A stretch of 63,064 nucleotides of DNA, filler included, from Chiloscyllium plagiosum (taxonomy: Eukaryota): the NCBI RefSeq assembly GCF_004010195.1. It is 5 parts of one record of this genome, joined end to end, with 100 filler letters (N's around TTAATTAATTAA, not from the genome) between each part and the next. Parts side by side here need not be neighbours in the genome. Positions count along the whole stretch, not along the records: positions 59,269 to 63,064 come from NC_057710.1; 4 more parts are not named here. One strand, 5' to 3'. Shown piece after piece: positions 59,269-63,064 of this stretch. The notes below the pieces were generated by a model that saw only the letters and a list, made by a program, of their open reading frames with translations, made no database searches and was not told the origin of the DNA. Both the position numbers and the translations under genes were made by a program. Every line of letters begins with the position of its first letter. Position 1 is the first letter of the stretch.

Positions 59269-61635
59269 GCTGCACTTCCTCAATAGCCAGAATGTCTTTC
59301 CTCACATTTGGAGACCAGAACTGCACACAATACTCTAGGTGTGGTCTCACCAGGGCCCTGTACAGCTGCAGAAGCACCTCATTGCTTCTCCACTCAATTC
59401 CTCTTGTTATGAAGGCCAGCATGCTATTAGCTTTCTTCACTACCTGCTGTACCTGCATGCTTGCCTTCATTGACTGGTGTACAAGAACGCCCAGATCTTT
59501 TCGTACTGCTCCTTTACCTAACTTTACTCCTTTTAGGTAGTAATCTGCCTTCCTGTTCTTGCCACCAAAGTGGGTAACCACACATTTATCCACATTTAAC
59601 TGCATCTGCCATGCATCTGTCCACTCACCTAACCTGTCCAGGACACCCTGTAATCTCCTAACATCCTCCTCACATTTCACCCTGCCACCCAGCTTTGTAT
59701 CATCAGCAAATTTGCTAATGTTACTATTAATACCATCTTCTATATCATTAATCTATCTTGTAAAAAGCTGCGGTCCCAGTACTGATCCCTGTGGTAACCC
59801 ACTGGTCACTGCCTGCCATTCCGAAATGGAGCCGTTTATCACTACTCTTTGTTTCCTGTCAGCCAACCAATTTTCAATCCAAGTCAGTACTTTGCCTCCA
59901 ATACCATGCACCCTAATTTTGCTCACTAACCTCCTATGGGGGACTTTATCAAAGGCTTTCTGAAAGTCCAGGTACATCACACCCATTGGATCTCCCTTGT
60001 CCATCTTCAGAGTTACATCCTCAAAACATTCCAGAAGACTAGTCAAGCATGATTTCCCCTTCATAAATCCATGCTGACTCTGACCTATCCTGTTACTGTG
60101 ATCCAGATGTGTCGTAATTTCATCCTTTATAATTGACTCCAGCATCTTTCTCACCACTAAGGTCAGACTAACTGGTCTATAATTTCCTGCTTTCTCTCTC
60201 CCACCTTTCTTAAAAAGTGGTACAACATTAGCTACCCTCCAATCCGCAGGAACTGATCCTGAATCTATCGAACTTTGGAAAATAATCACCAATGCATCCA
60301 CGATTTCTTAAGCCACTTCCTTCAGTACCCTAGGATGTAGACCATCAGGCACCAGGGACTTATCAGCCTTCAGAACTAACAGTCTCTCCAACACCAATTC
60401 CTGGCAAATATAAATTCCCTTCAGTTCAGGTCCTTCAGCCACTGTTACTTCAGGGAGATTGCTTGTGTCTTCTCCAGTGAACACAGATCTGAAGTATCAA
60501 TTCAAAACTTCTGCCATTTCTTTGTTCCCCATAATATATTCCCCTGTTTCTGACTTCAAGGGCCCAATTTTAGGCTTAACCATTTTTTTCCCTTTCACAT
60601 ACCGAAAAAAGCTTTTACTATCCTCCTTTATATTTTTGGCCAGTTTACCTTCGTACCTCATTTTTCTCTGTGTATTTCCTTCTTAGTAATCCTCTGTTGT
60701 TCTTTAAAAGCTTCCCAGTCCTTCGTTTTCCCACTCATCTTTGCTATGTTATACTTTTTCTCTTTTGACTTTATATGTTTCTTAACTTCCCTCGTCAGCC
60801 ACGGCTACCCATGCCTCCTCTTAGGATCTTTCTGCCTTTTTGGAATGAACTGATCCTGCATCTTCTGCATTATACACAGAAATATCTGCCATTGTTCCTC
60901 CACTGTATCCCTGCTAAAGTATTGCATCATTGAACTTTGGCCAGCTCCTCCCTCATAGCTCCATAGTTCCCTTTATCCAACAGAAGTACTGTCACTTCCG
61001 ACTGTACCCTCTCCATCTCAAAATGCAGATTGAAGCTTATTGTATTATGGTCACTATTTCCTAATGGCTCCTTCACTTCGATGTCCCTGATCAATTCTGG
61101 ATTGTTGCACAATATCAGATCCAGAATTGCCTTCTCCCTGGTAGGCTCCAGCACCAGCTATTCTAAGAATCCATCTCGGAGGCACTCCACAAAGTCTCTT
61201 TCTTGAGGTCAAATACCATCCTGATTCTCCCAGTCTACCTGCATGTTGAAATCCCCCATAACAACTGTAGTAACATCTTTGCGACAGGCCAATTTCAGCT
61301 CCTTATTCAACTTACATCCGACATCCAGACTACTGTTTGGGGGCCTGTAGATAACTCCCAAATGGGTCTTTCTACCCTTAGAATTTCTCAGCTCTATCCA
61401 TACTGACTCTGCATCCCCTGATTCTGGGTCCTCCCGCGCAAGGGACTGAATATCATCCCTTACCAACAAGGCCACCCCACCCCCTCTGCCCATCAGTCTG
61501 TCCTTATAGCCTTGAATATTCATTTCCCAGGCCCTGTCCACTTGAAGCCACATCTCAGTTATCCCCACAATATCGTAGCTGCCAATTTCCAAAAAAGCCT
61601 CAAGCTCATCCATCTTATTTCTAATACTTCGTGCA
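59269..61635 (-). mobile_element. CR1 ORF2 (APE + RT), disrupted and with internal deletions
   Basis: IVGITE.W, YRPPN, VMGDFN, ILDLIL, GNSDH; YLDFQKAFDKVPH, PQGSVLGP, SKFADDTK. Confidence 0.93.
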
Positions 61636-61707
61636 AACTCCACACAGACAGTTGCCTGAGGCAGGAATTGGCGCTGTGATGCAGCAGTGATAACCACCGT
61701 GCTGCCC
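61630..61707 (-). mobile_element. V-SINE 5' head fragment fused to CR1
   Basis: gcaaactccacacagacag...gcagcagtgataaccaccgtgctgccc. Confidence 0.7.
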
Positions 61708-62529
61708 GCTCTATTGGAGTTACTGTCGTCAAACTGTCTGAAAAGTACTCTGCCTGCCTAATCTGGAAACTAAGCAATAATGCAATAACTGTCTCACAAC
61801 ACTGTGCTGCAGAGGTTTCTCCTGCCTCTGATCTAAATATTTTCTATTTAACGTTGTGTCTGTGGTGCCTCACACTCGATCTGTTGAAAGACTGTCAGTC
61901 TTTATCCAGTGGCATCTCTTCATCATTTGGAAAATGCCTGTCATAACAATACCACTCAGAAGGGCCAACAGATGATGAGAGTAAATAAGGACAAGACTTT
62001 TCCACTGGCTGAAGGGCCAGTAGCCAGAAGACGCAGGTTTAAGATAATTGGCAAAAGGATCAGAGGGAAATGTAGAAATGTTCCATTTGGAATACACTGC
62101 CTGAAAAGTGGGTGGAGGCAAATTCAGTAAATTTCAAAAGGGAATATTTGAAAGCAAAAAGAACAAAACAGGTTTCCGGGCAGAGGACAGAGGGGAGTGG
62201 GACTAATTGGAAAACTGCATGAAAGAGCAGACACAGGGGTGGTGGACCAAGTGGTCTCCTTCTGTGCTGTAAGATTCCCTGATTCGAAGATGCTTGGTGT
62301 GAAATTGGAAATTGTTGCAATTGACACAGTAAGGAAGATCATCAGAGAATGGGATTAAACCATATTAATAGGAGAAGAGGTTTTTTTTAAAATAGATGCT
62401 TGCTCTTGTGTCAATATTACAAGTGTATATATAAGAGACTTTGGTGATTCTTGCTCCATTTCTGAAACATGCAGCACGGAAAGGACTTTAATTATTTGGT
62501 ATGGGAACTGAATCAAGGGCAATGTAGTA

Positions 62530-62895
62530 AACATAGAAACATAGGTGCAGGAGTAGGCCATTCAGCCCTTCGAGCCTGCTCCACCATTCAATATGATCAT
62601 GGCTAATCATGCAAACTCAGTATCCCATTCCCACTTTCTCCCCATACCCCTTGATCCCTTGAGCCACAAGGGTCACATCCAACTCCCTCTTGAAGATATC
62701 TAATGAAATGGCCCCAACAGCTCCCTCCGGGAGAGAATTCCACAGGTTCACAGCTCTCTGAGTGAAAACACTCTTCCTTATGTCAATCCTGAATGACTTA
62801 TCCCTTATTCTTAGACTGTGATTCTCTAGTTCTGGAGTTCCCCAACCTCAGGAATATAGTTCCTGTATCCAGCCTGTCCAGTCCCATCAGGAGTT
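62530..62895 (-). mobile_element. CR1 3' end
   Basis: aaacatagaaacatag tail; ggccattcagccc...gatcatggct stem motif. Confidence 0.8.
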
Positions 62896-62899
62896 TAGG

Positions 62900-63064
62900 T
62901 AAAAACAAGGACTGCAGAAGCTGGAAATCAGAGTCTAGATCAGAGTGGTGCTGGACAAGCACAGCAGGTCAGGCAGCATCCGAGGAGCAGGAAAATCGAC
63001 GTTTCGGGCTAGAGCCCTTCATCAGGAATAGAGGCAGGGAGCCTGCAGAGTGGAGAGATAAATG
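62900..63064 (-). mobile_element. Penelope pseudo-LTR with hammerhead core (62998-63025)
   Basis: Minus strand CUGAUGA-A-GGGC-UCUA-GCCC-GAAAC-GUC. Confidence 0.85.

Overview
Vertebrate genomic DNA, most likely a shark or other cartilaginous fish (HE1/V-SINEs sharing CR1 tails, abundant CR1, Penelope, Rex1 and L2-group LINEs). Four artificial 100-nt joins (44 N + TTAATTAATTAA + 44 N) split it into five segments that may not be neighbours. Most of the window is transposon debris. The only confident host gene is the first coding exon and CpG-rich promoter of attractin (ATRN, minus strand, 52819-53072). Highlights: (1) minimal hammerhead ribozyme motifs in many Penelope-like termini, from two families; (2) short fold-back palindromic insertions built from these termini with 11-16 bp TSDs, one of which captured a 126-bp copy of DNA 551 bp away; (3) a Mutator/MULE transposon with ~180-bp TIRs, a 9-bp TSD and E2F-like repeats ~2.4 kb upstream of ATRN; (4) an uninterrupted Tx1/ZCCHC3-like three-knuckle ORF; (5) an intact CR1 ORF1 (SGNH esterase); (6) an internally deleted Gypsy element. 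Family names come from motif recognition, not database searches, and edges of degraded repeats are approximate.
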